Positions 8,522 through 18,605 of a DNA stretch of 26,870 nucleotides are shown piece after piece. This DNA comes from a virus (lineage: Duplodnaviria; Caudoviricetes). The DNA lies in IMG/VR virus record IMGVR_UViG_3300016471_000541, positions 1-26,870 of that record; one strand, 5' to 3'. A model generated the notes under the pieces. It did no database searches, had not been told where the DNA came from, and was given only the letters and a program-made list of their open reading frames with translations. Both the position numbers and the translations under genes were made by a program. Position 1 is the stretch's first letter; every line of letters starts with the position of its first letter.

Positions 8522-11500
8522 TTAATAAGTTAAATCATCAATTCCATAACCACCACCCACATAATGAATATTCAAGGCTGCGGCAGGCCATAATGTACAT
8601 ACCTCACCATCATCTGTACCACTTTCTAATTTTGTTTGTACATCATCACTAAAAAAGCTTACATCAAAATATCCATCATTACAATCTATATCTGCGTCAT
8701 CTACTTTTACTAACCATGAGTGTGACAGCATCTGGTATTGATTTTTATGAGTGAAATGTGATGTGTATGTTGAGTAATCAATCCTGTTCCCATTCTTATA
8801 TAAAGTAAGTGCGATATTCGTGTTATTATACGACTTAGCAATACCGGTGCCTGAAAAATCAAATTGGTAGATGCCGGGATACTTAATTTTGATTCTACCC
8901 GCATCTTCCCTTATATTATAATTAAAGTTAGTAGTTCCACTCCAATCTATAAAAACACAGTTTCCTGCTTCTTCAACCGAAACAGATTCAGCTTTAATAG
9001 CCTGTAAAAAAGCATTTCTACGTTGCTCATTTGATTTACGAATTATTTTTTGTTGTGGTTGACCACTTGGAGAGTAGGTAGCGTGTATTTCAGCAACCTG
9101 ATGTGGTTCATCTAATTTTAATTGTGTATTACCACTTGAACCATTTGCTGGGTAAAATAAATCATTACCACCTCTTTGAATGGTTATAGGATTGCAAGGG
9201 TCTATTCCTTCATCTGCCCAAAACATCATCGCCCTTCCCATGGCTTGAAAGTTATTACCCGAACCATCCATATCATCTAAATTAACGGTAATAGCTCCAG
9301 TTGATTGTTGATTTATCCAAAAAAGATATTTGTTTCTACCATTTTGTGTATTTAAATTTTCACTAAATGATCCTGAGTTCTCAATTATATATGGATACCT
9401 ATTAAACCAATATGCTTCTTCTAACCCAGTAGAAGCCATTACATTCATTCCATAATATTCAGGTAATGTTTGGTAAGAAGTATAAGTATCAGCTAAATTA
9501 TTTGGTGCTAAATTTAAGGAGTAATTAAATCTACCTATGAAATTAGTTTTGTATGATGAATCTATTAGTGAACCACTTACATTTAGAAGTATAACATTAT
9601 TAGTTCGTAGTTGAGAATCATAATCATTTGATACTGTAGTCTTGATTTGGTTTTTTTCCCCGCCTGCAATTATCAAATTATTTATCCCACCCGAATCTAC
9701 TGAATTATCATTAGAACCTATAATAGTTACATTATTAGTGGTTTCTGCTATTATGTTTTTATTTCCAGTGATTGTTATATTATCAACTGCACCCTTAACA
9801 TCATTTTGCGCACCAACTACATTTACCCTTGAAGCAATCGGGTCAACATTATTAACACCTAATATAGTTTGCTGTTGATTTTGTGATTGTGGTGCAGTAT
9901 TATCTTGTGTATTCCATATTACATTGGCACCTGTTGAGCCTGATGGGGCAATTGAAAAACCATCTTTTGAAGCAGGTAATAATAAATCGTTATAATTGTT
10001 TACTAAATTACCAGTTAAATCTTCATATTGCACATACCCACTATTTAAGAATGTTCTTGCTCTTAAAAAGCCAGGGTTAGCAGGGCCTGTGCCGGGTGTT
10101 ATTCTACGTTGTGGATAAGTAGTTGTCCTCGCGGGGATTTTAATTAATTCTACTTCAGTATTTTGTGGGCGAGATAAATTGGCATTAACTATTTTATTAA
10201 TTCTCCAATAATTACCCATTATGAAATATTGAGTATTTAATCTTAAATTAGCAATATCCAATGGCTTTAAATAAACATTACAAGTCATTTTTCTTGCATC
10301 TTCATCATATAAGGTGTTTATGTATGAACCCCAATATTTTGAATAAGCATCATTTGGTGTTTGACCATTTGAATATATTTGAAAATAAGGACTCCATTTT
10401 AAATTACCAAAATGCAAATCTTGCCCATTATTAAAATCTACTGGTGTTGATGTTAGAGGTGTCATCTGGTACCAATAAGATTGAGATATGGGTGTACCTA
10501 AATCATTTCTAAACCAATATTTCCCCCGGTTAATATTTAAGTTTTGGTCTATACCCAAAGCATCTTGTGGCACTATCCTTTTACCATTATCATATAATAA
10601 GCGTGGTTTGAATTGAATAGGTGTAGAAACTCCATTATCGTTTATATCACATAAATGGGGGATAATAAAAACGGTTGAATTTGGAATAGAAGCAATGGGT
10701 GTAGAAGCAAATGTTTTACCTATTCTTTTTTCTCCTCTTTGTGCTATATCACCATCAAAATCAAATACATAAGTTCCAAAATTATATCCATACCTATTTT
10801 TTGATTTAGCATCTTTATTATAAAAGTCTATATCATCCTCATCAGCAAATATAAGTGTTTTTTGTTGCTCACTTGCTGGGTGTGTTATTTCAAAATTAGT
10901 TCCTAAATCTACTTTACTACTCCAGTCTACTATACTACCTTGATTTACCCAATCTTGATAAGGTTCTATTCTAAATACCCGCCCACCATCAATAGGTTCA
11001 ATAATTAAATTAAACTTATCAATTAAACCCTTCATTATATCATACGCCTTCATATCTTTAGGGAATTGTGCTCCCATATTGACATTATATCCACTTGCTA
11101 TTGCTGAAGAATCAACCCTAATATAAGTTGTATAAGCACCACTATTTACATTTGGAACACCCGCTGGATTATAATTTACTGAATTACCACTTGCTGAAAT
11201 ATATTGTGTGCTTAAAGCCGGGCCTGAAAATCCTAATTTAAATTCTAAATAATCAGTTGCATCTAAATTTAAAGAAGTATTTAATGAAATAGAGCTTGTT
11301 TGCTGTGGTTGATATTGGCGATTTGTAGCAATGGGTTGTAGAGAACCATTTTTATAAATGTTTAAATCTACATGATGTGATATTCCACTTGTATATGGTG
11401 CCCAATTTTGGATAAAAAATACTGCGTTTACTGTTATATTATATAACCCGGTTGTGGGTGCGGTAAATACATCAGTTCCTAAATTATATCCTGTTGAATT

Positions 11501-12415
11501 ATTGAAATAATAAGTATCTAAATTTAATAATTCTTCACTATTTACAGCAATTGTGGGAACGGTAGAAGAAGAAGCATAAGCCCATATAGATTGTGAAACT
11601 GGGTTAAGTTGTGCTGGTCCTAATTGATTATTAGTTGATGGAAGTATGTAAAGATTATTAAAGTATGAACTATTAAAAAATGAGGATGTATATGTAAAAT
11701 TGGAAGCAGAGAATATAGTATCAACAACCGCCTTTGCCTTTATAGCAGGTTTAAAATCCCAAATACGAAGTGGTTTAGTATATGAATCAATTGTATTGGT
11801 AGTTGAAATATTCCAACCTGAAAAAGCATATTGTGGTGATGTCGTGTCGGATGGGTTAATACCATAATTTACATGCGGATATTTTATATCACCATTCGAT
11901 ATTGAATTATCCCAGCTTCCGGTAATATTATTGTATGTAAAATTGTGATTATATTTACTCCAATCTAAAAATTGTAAGTTTAATTGCTCTAATTGTGTTT
12001 TTAGGGATATTGTATTATTTACTATTCCTACATTATATTGGGAATATCCATCATTTGAAGTTATTATGCTTTTAAAATATATCTGCCCTTCAAATATTAT
12101 AGCACCATTATTTAAGATTTGGCAAGGATAATATGATATAATAGGATTGGTAGCAACTGAACCAGCATAATCTAATGTGCCAAAAAACTCACTTATATGA
12201 TTACCTAATTTATAATATGATGGTGGTGATGTAGAAGTATCTTCAACTCCTTGAGAGGTGCTTTCTAAAACAAATTCATTACTGGCAATACCAAATATCT
12301 CACCAATATTACCATTTTCAATGGCTGAAATATCAACTCTTAAATCTAAATTTTGTGGTGTAAAATCAAATCTTGAACCACTTGCATTAGTTACTCTTAC
12401 TATTATATTATTCAT
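8522..12415 (-). CDS. Large tail tip/hub and receptor-binding protein (putative)
   Basis: 1297 aa, N/S/T/Y-rich, next to the tape measure. FKPAIKAK..DWSSKVD..KPRLLY..YWRINKI hub-like region, followed by a beta-helix-like region and a beta-sandwich-like C-terminus. Confidence 0.7.
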   Translation of the reverse strand: MNNIIVRVTNASGSRFDFTPQNLDLRVDISAIENGNIGEIFGIASNEFVLESTSQGVEDTSTSPPSYYKLGNHISEFFGTLDYAGSVATNPIISYYPCQILNNGAIIFEGQIYFKSIITSNDGYSQYNVGIVNNTISLKTQLEQLNLQFLDWSKYNHNFTYNNITGSWDNSISNGDIKYPHVNYGINPSDTTSPQYAFSGWNISTTNTIDSYTKPLRIWDFKPAIKAKAVVDTIFSASNFTYTSSFFNSSYFNNLYILPSTNNQLGPAQLNPVSQSIWAYASSSTVPTIAVNSEELLNLDTYYFNNSTGYNLGTDVFTAPTTGLYNITVNAVFFIQNWAPYTSGISHHVDLNIYKNGSLQPIATNRQYQPQQTSSISLNTSLNLDATDYLEFKLGFSGPALSTQYISASGNSVNYNPAGVPNVNSGAYTTYIRVDSSAIASGYNVNMGAQFPKDMKAYDIMKGLIDKFNLIIEPIDGGRVFRIEPYQDWVNQGSIVDWSSKVDLGTNFEITHPASEQQKTLIFADEDDIDFYNKDAKSKNRYGYNFGTYVFDFDGDIAQRGEKRIGKTFASTPIASIPNSTVFIIPHLCDINDNGVSTPIQFKPRLLYDNGKRIVPQDALGIDQNLNINRGKYWFRNDLGTPISQSYWYQMTPLTSTPVDFNNGQDLHFGNLKWSPYFQIYSNGQTPNDAYSKYWGSYINTLYDEDARKMTCNVYLKPLDIANLRLNTQYFIMGNYWRINKIVNANLSRPQNTEVELIKIPARTTTYPQRRITPGTGPANPGFLRARTFLNSGYVQYEDLTGNLVNNYNDLLLPASKDGFSIAPSGSTGANVIWNTQDNTAPQSQNQQQTILGVNNVDPIASRVNVVGAQNDVKGAVDNITITGNKNIIAETTNNVTIIGSNDNSVDSGGINNLIIAGGEKNQIKTTVSNDYDSQLRTNNVILLNVSGSLIDSSYKTNFIGRFNYSLNLAPNNLADTYTSYQTLPEYYGMNVMASTGLEEAYWFNRYPYIIENSGSFSENLNTQNGRNKYLFWINQQSTGAITVNLDDMDGSGNNFQAMGRAMMFWADEGIDPCNPITIQRGGNDLFYPANGSSGNTQLKLDEPHQVAEIHATYSPSGQPQQKIIRKSNEQRRNAFLQAIKAESVSVEEAGNCVFIDWSGTTNFNYNIREDAGRIKIKYPGIYQFDFSGTGIAKSYNNTNIALTLYKNGNRIDYSTYTSHFTHKNQYQMLSHSWLVKVDDADIDCNDGYFDVSFFSDDVQTKLESGTDDGEVCTLWPAAALNIHYVGGGYGIDDLTY

Positions 12416-13866
12416 TAAAGCCTTGGATTTGGTTGAAGTGCTGGTTGTATTTGGATTGCGTAATTAAATAACTTTTGTGAAATAGGATTTGTTTTTTCTA
12501 TGACATCAGCAGAAGTAATTGTGCAGGCTAACCATGAGCTATAATTCTCATCGTAGTAATATACATTAGTGCTGAAAAATAATTCTCTAAGCCAATTTGC
12601 TGTTTGAGTATCTAACCAGTCTGAATTTGCTGTCCATGTTTGTTGTATTGTATTATAATATTGTTTATTTCCCCTCCGCGTTCTATCCATAGCAAAAGGA
12701 GTTGCTGTTACTGAATATGGGACAGGGTTTTGTTCGTATGATTGTCTGGTTATTGTATTATTCCTATCTAATTGTAAATTAAAGGTGTAATAATCAAATA
12801 CCCCGTAGTAATTTTTCCATGCTAACCTTATACCCCCATAATCACACTGTTTATAGGTTCTATTTATCCTGAATTGATCCCAAACAGCAACATCATCAAT
12901 TGTTGGGCCGGAATCTAATTGTGCAAAGAAATATACATTAGCATAACTCCAATTTGAATTGGCCCATGAACTAAATTGTGTATGACCTGGTCCTATTGCT
13001 ACACTCATTAATCCATATTTGTATCCATTAGCGGGGTCTGAAAAGGTAGCGGTTGAACTCGCCCAAGTATCAGTAGCAACAGCACGAGGCCCACCACCAT
13101 TTGAAGTTAAATTGTATTGAGTATCAGTCCCTAAAACATTATTTGCTGCATCATACCACAATATTTGATATGCGTAAACATCTTGCGCCTGATTAGTAAT
13201 ACCAAATGTAGCATCATTATTACCTTGTAAAAAAGAGACACCTAATAAATCAGTAGAAGCGAGGGATATTGTGCGTGGCATATCCGTTAAGCATATATTT
13301 CTATTAAAAGTAAGAGGTGTTACGGTTGGTGTTGCGGTTGACGGGAACCACTTTGAAGCATTTAATGGGGAAGGTAAATAAGGGCGAGTACCCGTATTCC
13401 AGTTATATGAAGTAGCAGATGGAGCCAATTTATCTTGTGGATTTGCTGTACCATTCCAAACAAAATAGAAATTAGAACCACTCACTATAGGATTACCTGC
13501 TGAACCTGTATTGCCTGGTGTTAATACGACTGAAGATGATGTTGATGTTCCCCATTCTTCACCAATTCTAACAACATATCTCATTGCTTCAGTTGTAGAT
13601 ATTCTCCACCTACCGGGGTTTATTGATAATGGCACTGAATCAAAAAGTAAATCTTGTAATACTATACCTACATCAAAAACAGAATACCCATTTAAATTAG
13701 GTTGTTGTTTTATCCTTTGTAAGCGTGTAGATGGGGCATTAAAGTTTGATATATCTACTACTGTCTTATATTGTGGTCTTGATGATGAATTAGATGTTGC
13801 TATAAAAAGATTATTATTATTAGCTACCCCTAATAAGTTTGGTTGTTTTGCTATTGTAATTGCCAT
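12415..13866 (-). CDS. Tail structural protein (distal tail-like C-terminus)
   Basis: 483 aa. C-terminal RLAWKNYYGVFDYYTF..WTANSDWL..WLRELFFSTNVY motif is typical of tail proteins in this phage group. Its stop overlaps the next start. Confidence 0.65.
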   Translation of the reverse strand: MAITIAKQPNLLGVANNNNLFIATSNSSSRPQYKTVVDISNFNAPSTRLQRIKQQPNLNGYSVFDVGIVLQDLLFDSVPLSINPGRWRISTTEAMRYVVRIGEEWGTSTSSSVVLTPGNTGSAGNPIVSGSNFYFVWNGTANPQDKLAPSATSYNWNTGTRPYLPSPLNASKWFPSTATPTVTPLTFNRNICLTDMPRTISLASTDLLGVSFLQGNNDATFGITNQAQDVYAYQILWYDAANNVLGTDTQYNLTSNGGGPRAVATDTWASSTATFSDPANGYKYGLMSVAIGPGHTQFSSWANSNWSYANVYFFAQLDSGPTIDDVAVWDQFRINRTYKQCDYGGIRLAWKNYYGVFDYYTFNLQLDRNNTITRQSYEQNPVPYSVTATPFAMDRTRRGNKQYYNTIQQTWTANSDWLDTQTANWLRELFFSTNVYYYDENYSSWLACTITSADVIEKTNPISQKLFNYAIQIQPALQPNPRL

Positions 13867-13867
13867 A

Positions 13868-14368
13868 TTAATCTACTCCCAGTGGTGTTTTTTCTATATC
13901 TTCTTTTATTTTTTTCATTATATCCACCGCACCTTTATTCACTATGTTTTGCATATTATCATTTAAAGCAGAACGTAAGGAAGATTGAATAAAAGGTTTT
14001 GGTTTTTTAAATCGTTGCCCCTTTGCACCAATGCTTCTTGCAATAAGATAAGCTAAACCTATTTGAGTAATTTTACCTTGTGGTCGAATTCGCTTTTCTT
14101 TAATCCATTCTAATATAGATGATACAGGTGGTGGTTTGCCCGGCCCACGCATTGCCCCATTATCTACCCAAAAACCATATTTTAACATTTGAACTGAAAT
14201 AGTAATATTAGAATCATTAACTGGTGGTAATAATTTTATAGATTTTGCCAAAGCACCCGTTTTATATGAACCATTCTGCCTTAATTTAGCAATAGAATAT
14301 TCAATATAATCAGCAGCTAATTGCTCAAGTGCTGGTTCAAGTTGATTCCAATTAATTACATTTGCCAT
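13868..14368 (-). CDS. Neck/tail completion protein (HK97 gp10-like, putative)
   Basis: 166 aa, basic. TGALAKSI..YGFWVDNG..PPVSSILEWI..AYLIARSI..KPKPF. Confidence 0.65.
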   Translation of the reverse strand: MANVINWNQLEPALEQLAADYIEYSIAKLRQNGSYKTGALAKSIKLLPPVNDSNITISVQMLKYGFWVDNGAMRGPGKPPPVSSILEWIKEKRIRPQGKITQIGLAYLIARSIGAKGQRFKKPKPFIQSSLRSALNDNMQNIVNKGAVDIMKKIKEDIEKTPLGVD

Positions 14369-14372
14369 AATT

Positions 14373-14831
14373 CTATACCTGTGGATATGCGCAATAATCT
14401 AATACGCCTGTGTCAGTATAATTAACGGTAGCAACCCATCCCCATACTCTATCATTAAATGCTTCACTAACAGGAGTAATATTATTTAAATTTACCCATT
14501 CTCTTTGCTGCTGTGAACCTAAATTCATATAACCAATTATATCATAAATGTATTGTTCGGTGTTTGACATTACTGATAAATAAGTTGAATCATCCAGCGG
14601 TGTAATATCTAATGAGTATAATTCAAATGTTAGAGTGCGAGTGCCTGATGTACCAATAGTAGAAATATTCATACCGGGTGAAGTAATAGTTCTTAAAAAG
14701 ATATATGGATATACTACATTTTGTGTCGTCGAATCTAATTCTTCTAAATCACCATACGCAAATGTATTTATGGAAGCATGATTAATAGATGCTGATTGGA
14801 ATCGTTGGACAACTTGCGCGTAAGTATTCAT
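14373..14831 (-). CDS. Tail terminator-like protein (putative)
   Basis: 152 aa, acidic. YPYIF, PVSEAFNDRVWGW. Position in the neck cluster. Confidence 0.55.
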   Translation of the reverse strand: MNTYAQVVQRFQSASINHASINTFAYGDLEELDSTTQNVVYPYIFLRTITSPGMNISTIGTSGTRTLTFELYSLDITPLDDSTYLSVMSNTEQYIYDIIGYMNLGSQQQREWVNLNNITPVSEAFNDRVWGWVATVNYTDTGVLDYCAYPQV

Positions 14832-14834
14832 AAT

Positions 14835-15089
14835 TTATTCTTCTTCGTTTAATTCTTCATCAATTATGGTAATAGTGCCGGTGATGTTATTATCTTCATC
14901 TAATATATTTGTAGTAGTGTAAGTAATAGGTTTTTCTTCACCTACACCATTTTGTGCTACATCCACTACTAAATCATAAGAGCAATTTAATAAAGCAGCT
15001 ACCTTATTGTAATCATAACCACCAGCTAACCAACTTGCTATTTTAATTCTTAAATCCCTATTTACAGGAGGACAATTTTTGCATGCCAT
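14835..15089 (-). CDS. Hypothetical protein (N-terminal CxxC, possible helix-turn-helix)
   Basis: 84-aa ORF tightly packed in the operon. GYDYNKVAALLNCSYDLV resembles an HTH. Confidence 0.6.
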   Translation of the reverse strand: MACKNCPPVNRDLRIKIASWLAGGYDYNKVAALLNCSYDLVVDVAQNGVGEEKPITYTTTNILDEDNNITGTITIIDEELNEEE

Positions 15090-15099
15090 AATTTTTCCT

Positions 15100-15414
15100 T
15101 TATTTTATTTTATATTGATTTGTTTTATTTTTTTGTGCCATTCTTTCTTGATATGCTAAATCCTTTTCTATTGCTAACCAGTTCATTACAAATATATAAT
15201 TTAAATCCGTGATACTTCTATCCCCGTTAACTGAAAGGATGGAAGTTTTTGATAAGTGATGAATTGTAGCAAACCATCCCCAATGTTTACTGAATTCTTC
15301 TTTATCACTTTTTTCATATTCTCCTTCAGGTTCTTTATCATCCCCTTCTTCTCCGTTTCCATTGAATAAGCCTGCGAAGCGCTTATTGTTAGACCTGACT
15401 GAAGCAAAAAAAAA
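15100..15414 (-). CDS. Tail assembly chaperone frameshift extension (gpT-like, -1 frame)
   Basis: Open -1 frame from the T9 run to the stop at 15100: FFASVRSNNKRFAGLF..FSKHWGWFATIHHLS..MNWLAIEKD. The track's start at 15471 is probably not real. Confidence 0.65.
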   Translation of the reverse strand, partial: FFFASVRSNNKRFAGLFNGNGEEGDDKEPEGEYEKSDKEEFSKHWGWFATIHHLSKTSILSVNGDRSITDLNYIFVMNWLAIEKDLAYQERMAQKNKTNQYKIK

Positions 15415-15932
15415 GTAAGTGCTCCTAATGCAAATCCAACAGGCAATCTTTCCATTTTTTCTCTTAAACAATATGACTCGGAATAGTTATATTTTTCTAA
15501 ATCATACCAGTCCCATATATTAGTAATTTGGTTAGAATAAACATTAAAAGTATTTACAATATTCCACTTTAAGCTATTAAATCTATGCTTTTTTATAGGC
15601 CTGTATAATATAGAGATTATTTGAGCCATATTTTTTTGAGTATCCTTTGCAAGATTTTCTAAATCCACATACTCACCTAATGTCATTTGCGTAATATCAC
15701 AAAATCCAAATAACTGTTCTTCAATTTTAATTATTGGAAAAAATTGCGGATTAGCTGTAGTCTCTAATAATTTAGAAAATTCATCATATTCCTTTAATAC
15801 CTCATTACCCATTTCTCTTATTTCATCTTCACTTTTTCCCAAATAATAAGACATAAAATTGATTGCACGTTCTAGTCCTTCACCTTCCAGCTCTAACCAC
15901 TTAACATAATCTTTAATCATCACATACTGCAT
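15201..15932 (-). CDS. Tail assembly chaperone (gpG-like, putative)
   Basis: 243 aa. MTLGEYVDLE..ISILYRPI..GALTFF, with a slippery T9 at the FF codons. First gene after a terminator and promoter motif. Confidence 0.65.
   Translation of the reverse strand: MQYVMIKDYVKWLELEGEGLERAINFMSYYLGKSEDEIREMGNEVLKEYDEFSKLLETTANPQFFPIIKIEEQLFGFCDITQMTLGEYVDLENLAKDTQKNMAQIISILYRPIKKHRFNSLKWNIVNTFNVYSNQITNIWDWYDLEKYNYSESYCLREKMERLPVGFALGALTFFLLQSGLTISASQAYSMETEKKGMIKNLKENMKKVIKKNSVNIGDGLLQFITYQKLPSFQLTGIEVSRI
15406..15414 (-). other. Programmed -1 ribosomal frameshift site (T TTT TTT)
   Basis: Minus strand ACT TTT TTT TTG (frame 0) versus TAC TTT TTT TTT GCT (-1 frame). Confidence 0.7.
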
Positions 15933-15946
15933 ATAATTTCCTTTTG

Positions 15947-15954
15947 TATAAATA
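15947..15954 (-). promoter_or_regulatory. TATTTATA promoter-like motif (tail operon)
   Basis: Lies between the terminator at 15977 and the chaperone ATG at 15932. Confidence 0.65.
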
Positions 15955-15976
15955 TTTTTTTATTGTTTATTTCCTT

Positions 15977-16008
15977 AAAAAAAAGGGGAGCTTGACGAAG
16001 AGCCCCCC
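15977..16008 (-). terminator. Intrinsic terminator after terminase/HEG operon
   Basis: Minus strand GGGGGGCT-CTTCGTCA-AGCTCCCC-TTTTTTTT, just after the stop at 16017. Confidence 0.8.
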
Positions 16009-16016
16009 TAATGGTT

Positions 16017-16688
16017 TTAAAATAAGTTAGGGGCGGTTATTTCCCCCAACATATATAGTTTTTTCTTTCTTTTTTCCCAATCCAATTTTGCTGCTTCGCT
16101 TAATTTAGCACGCGTTTCAGCTGAAATAGGTGGTTTGGGTTTACCTTTATTTGCTGCACTCATTTTTGCACGATGTTCGGCTGACATTATTTTACCTTTA
16201 TGCCATTCACTCATTTTAGCACGTGTTTCTGCTGATTTAGGTTTACCTTTATGTGTAACACTAATTTTAGCTTTGGTTTCAGCTGAAAGTGTTTTATTTA
16301 AATTAGGTTTTCTTCCTTTTCGTGCTTCACTCATTTTTTGTTTTGTTTCTGCTGAATGGGTTTTACCTTTATTTCCCTCACTAATTTTGGCACGATGTTC
16401 TGCTGAATATACTCGCCCAATAGTACCTTCACCACCATCAGTTAAATTACATAATAACCCACCGAACTCACTTCTACCATACAAAACAATAAACTCCCGC
16501 TCCTTCTCACAAGCTTGTTCCCATGTTAAGTCATCAAGCATTATTTGGACTTTATAACCATTCTTAGCAATATTATTCCAATGCTGGTTTCTATTAAATT
16601 TCCAATGAGCACGTTTCTCTGTTTTCCCAATACCTATATAAAAAGGCTGGTTAGTATCTAATCTTATATGTCTATATAGTACTGCCAT
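16017..16688 (-). CDS. GIY-YIG-like homing endonuclease with ~6 NUMOD3 repeats
   Basis: MAVLYRHIRLD..FYIGIG..KRAH..EKEREFI..LCNLTDGGEG, then SAE(T/H)xAK(M/I)S..KGK repeats. Confidence 0.85.
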   Translation of the reverse strand: MAVLYRHIRLDTNQPFYIGIGKTEKRAHWKFNRNQHWNNIAKNGYKVQIMLDDLTWEQACEKEREFIVLYGRSEFGGLLCNLTDGGEGTIGRVYSAEHRAKISEGNKGKTHSAETKQKMSEARKGRKPNLNKTLSAETKAKISVTHKGKPKSAETRAKMSEWHKGKIMSAEHRAKMSAANKGKPKPPISAETRAKLSEAAKLDWEKRKKKLYMLGEITAPNLF

Positions 16689-16690
16689 AA

Positions 16691-17917
16691 TTAATAATAT
16701 TTTATTTTATCCATACCACCCACATAAATGTCGCTTCCATGCAATTTATTTCTCGCAGCATTGGCCATTGCTATACTATCTACTATATCATCATGTCCGC
16801 CTGGTGGATGTGAAAAATAAATTGTGCCTGATGGACTATACTTATATGTGTACTGCGCAAATTCAGCATAGCATTCCGGCATTAGGTTTTTTGAAGGTAA
16901 TAATATTTGTGCTGTTTCAATATCATTTATTAATAAACGCACATTTTGGACTTTTATTGTATTATTTGTAAATTGTGGAATTGTTTTTATTCCTGATTTA
17001 CGGATTAATTCAAACATGCCCTGTCCAACACCGTTTGTCTCCACAATGCATTGCTTAACATTCCAGCGCTTGAGTTCGCGTATGAAAGTATTTCCAGTCT
17101 CTTCAAGACTTCTTCCATTAATTCTAATAATTGATACTGTTTCTCCGGACTCTCCAATAATGGAACATACTGCAAAGTCGCTTGAGACAGCAGTATCAAT
17201 TCCGCTAAAATAATTTCCTGTTGTGTAATCATTCCACCTTTCTATAATACATGCTTCATCCAAATTACGAAATACATCATTACCTGACTCGGAAAATTCT
17301 GCAAGATATTCTTGTCTATAAATACTATCAGGTAATGACTTTCTTTGCTCTTCAATAAACCCTAAATCAATATGTGGATTATCAGTAGATGGGCCTGTAA
17401 ATTGTATATAATCCTCACCTTGCTTATAAAACCACTCAAAAAACCAATTCTTAGAGCGTGGAGTTGATATGATTAAACATTTCTTACCCCTTGCTGAAAG
17501 AGTTGGTAGGATTGCTTCTAATACAGTATCCTGGCGAATAAAAGCAGCTTCATCTATAACCATATAATCAAAGCTGAATCCCCTTATTGAATCACCCTTT
17601 TCAGCTGAAAGAAATTGTAAGGTTGAACCATTTATGAACTCTAACTTTAATTCACTTTTATTTCCATAACGAATTATTTTATTTGCAGCAGTACTTAACT
17701 CATCATATACTTTACCGCATTGCTTGTAAATAGGTGCAATCCAACAACCCTTCATACTTCCCCTCTTTAATAACCACCATAACATCATATTTTGAGCAAG
17801 AAGCGATTTACCATATTGACGACCGGTTGATACAACGCAGAACTTATGTGGTGAATCTATAAACCCATCAATTATTCTTCTTTGCCCTTTATGTGGTTTA
17901 AATAGGGTTACATCCAT
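16691..17917 (-). CDS. terL: Terminase large subunit
   Basis: Walker A GRQYGKS, Walker B MVIDEAAF, motif III ISTP, RQEYLAEF, RNase H-like nuclease motifs GIDTA and HDDIVDSIAMA. Confidence 0.95.
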   Translation of the reverse strand: MDVTLFKPHKGQRRIIDGFIDSPHKFCVVSTGRQYGKSLLAQNMMLWWLLKRGSMKGCWIAPIYKQCGKVYDELSTAANKIIRYGNKSELKLEFINGSTLQFLSAEKGDSIRGFSFDYMVIDEAAFIRQDTVLEAILPTLSARGKKCLIISTPRSKNWFFEWFYKQGEDYIQFTGPSTDNPHIDLGFIEEQRKSLPDSIYRQEYLAEFSESGNDVFRNLDEACIIERWNDYTTGNYFSGIDTAVSSDFAVCSIIGESGETVSIIRINGRSLEETGNTFIRELKRWNVKQCIVETNGVGQGMFELIRKSGIKTIPQFTNNTIKVQNVRLLINDIETAQILLPSKNLMPECYAEFAQYTYKYSPSGTIYFSHPPGGHDDIVDSIAMANAARNKLHGSDIYVGGMDKIKYY

Positions 17918-17920
17918 CCG

Positions 17921-18175
17921 TTAATGATTCCATTGTAATGTTGCCCTCTCCTGCATTACTAATGAAGCTGGTGGTGGACAATCACATTCCTTTTTAAAAG
18001 CAAATAATAATTCATTAGGGTTTCTATTATTTTCTTTACAAAATTGGATAAATTCTTCACCATCATCCGCATCTATATAAGAAGCATGAGTTCCACATTC
18101 ATCACATAAAAAAATTAATTTATCTAAATCCTGCTCTTTAAGCTTTACTAATATTTCAGGCTTCATCGGTTTCAT
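17921..18175 (-). CDS. Hypothetical protein (Cys-containing)
   Basis: 84-aa ORF packed between putative terS and terL. CDEC and ECDC motifs. Confidence 0.6.
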   Translation of the reverse strand: MKPMKPEILVKLKEQDLDKLIFLCDECGTHASYIDADDGEEFIQFCKENNRNPNELLFAFKKECDCPPPASLVMQERATLQWNH

Positions 18176-18605
18176 CTTTTCCCCATTTTAAATTGATTTC
18201 ACTATTACCTTCAACTCTAATCTTATCTTCATGTGCACCTGAATACTTAAATACTTGCTCAACCGCTTTTTGTTGTATCTTTTCATCAACCGATTCTAAA
18301 TGCGAACCAATTTTATTTACAGCTGGGAGTAAGTATGTTCTAAGTATATCTTTCCAAGCGGAATCATACATCTCCCCTGCTTTTAACCAATATTTCGTAT
18401 AAGTGAGGCCTGATTTATCCCCATAATGCTCTTTACAATATTCCACCCATTTGGGTTGTGTTATTGCCGGTCTTTGGATATATCTTAATTCAAAGCAGGT
18501 TCGGATTCTTTCACCCGTTTCAGCTGCTGATAATCTTTCCAATTTACTATTTTTTTTATTTGCAGTTGCAAGACGTTGCTTCTGCTCTTCTGTCCAATTA
18601 TGCAT
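18156..18605 (-). CDS. Terminase small subunit (putative)
   Basis: 149 aa, helical, upstream of terL. C-terminal beta strand KIRVEGNSEINLKWG is typical of TerS. Assigned mainly by position. Confidence 0.5.
   Translation of the reverse strand: MHNWTEEQKQRLATANKKNSKLERLSAAETGERIRTCFELRYIQRPAITQPKWVEYCKEHYGDKSGLTYTKYWLKAGEMYDSAWKDILRTYLLPAVNKIGSHLESVDEKIQQKAVEQVFKYSGAHEDKIRVEGNSEINLKWGKDETDEA

Noticed and set aside
15415-15471. Independent start for the 123-aa ORF 15100..15471
   Set aside because: Non-ATG start inside the chaperone gene. Better explained by a frameshift at the T9 run.
17318-17325. TATTTATA copy inside terL
   Set aside because: Internal to a CDS, lacks the preceding A of the consensus, and no gene start follows.
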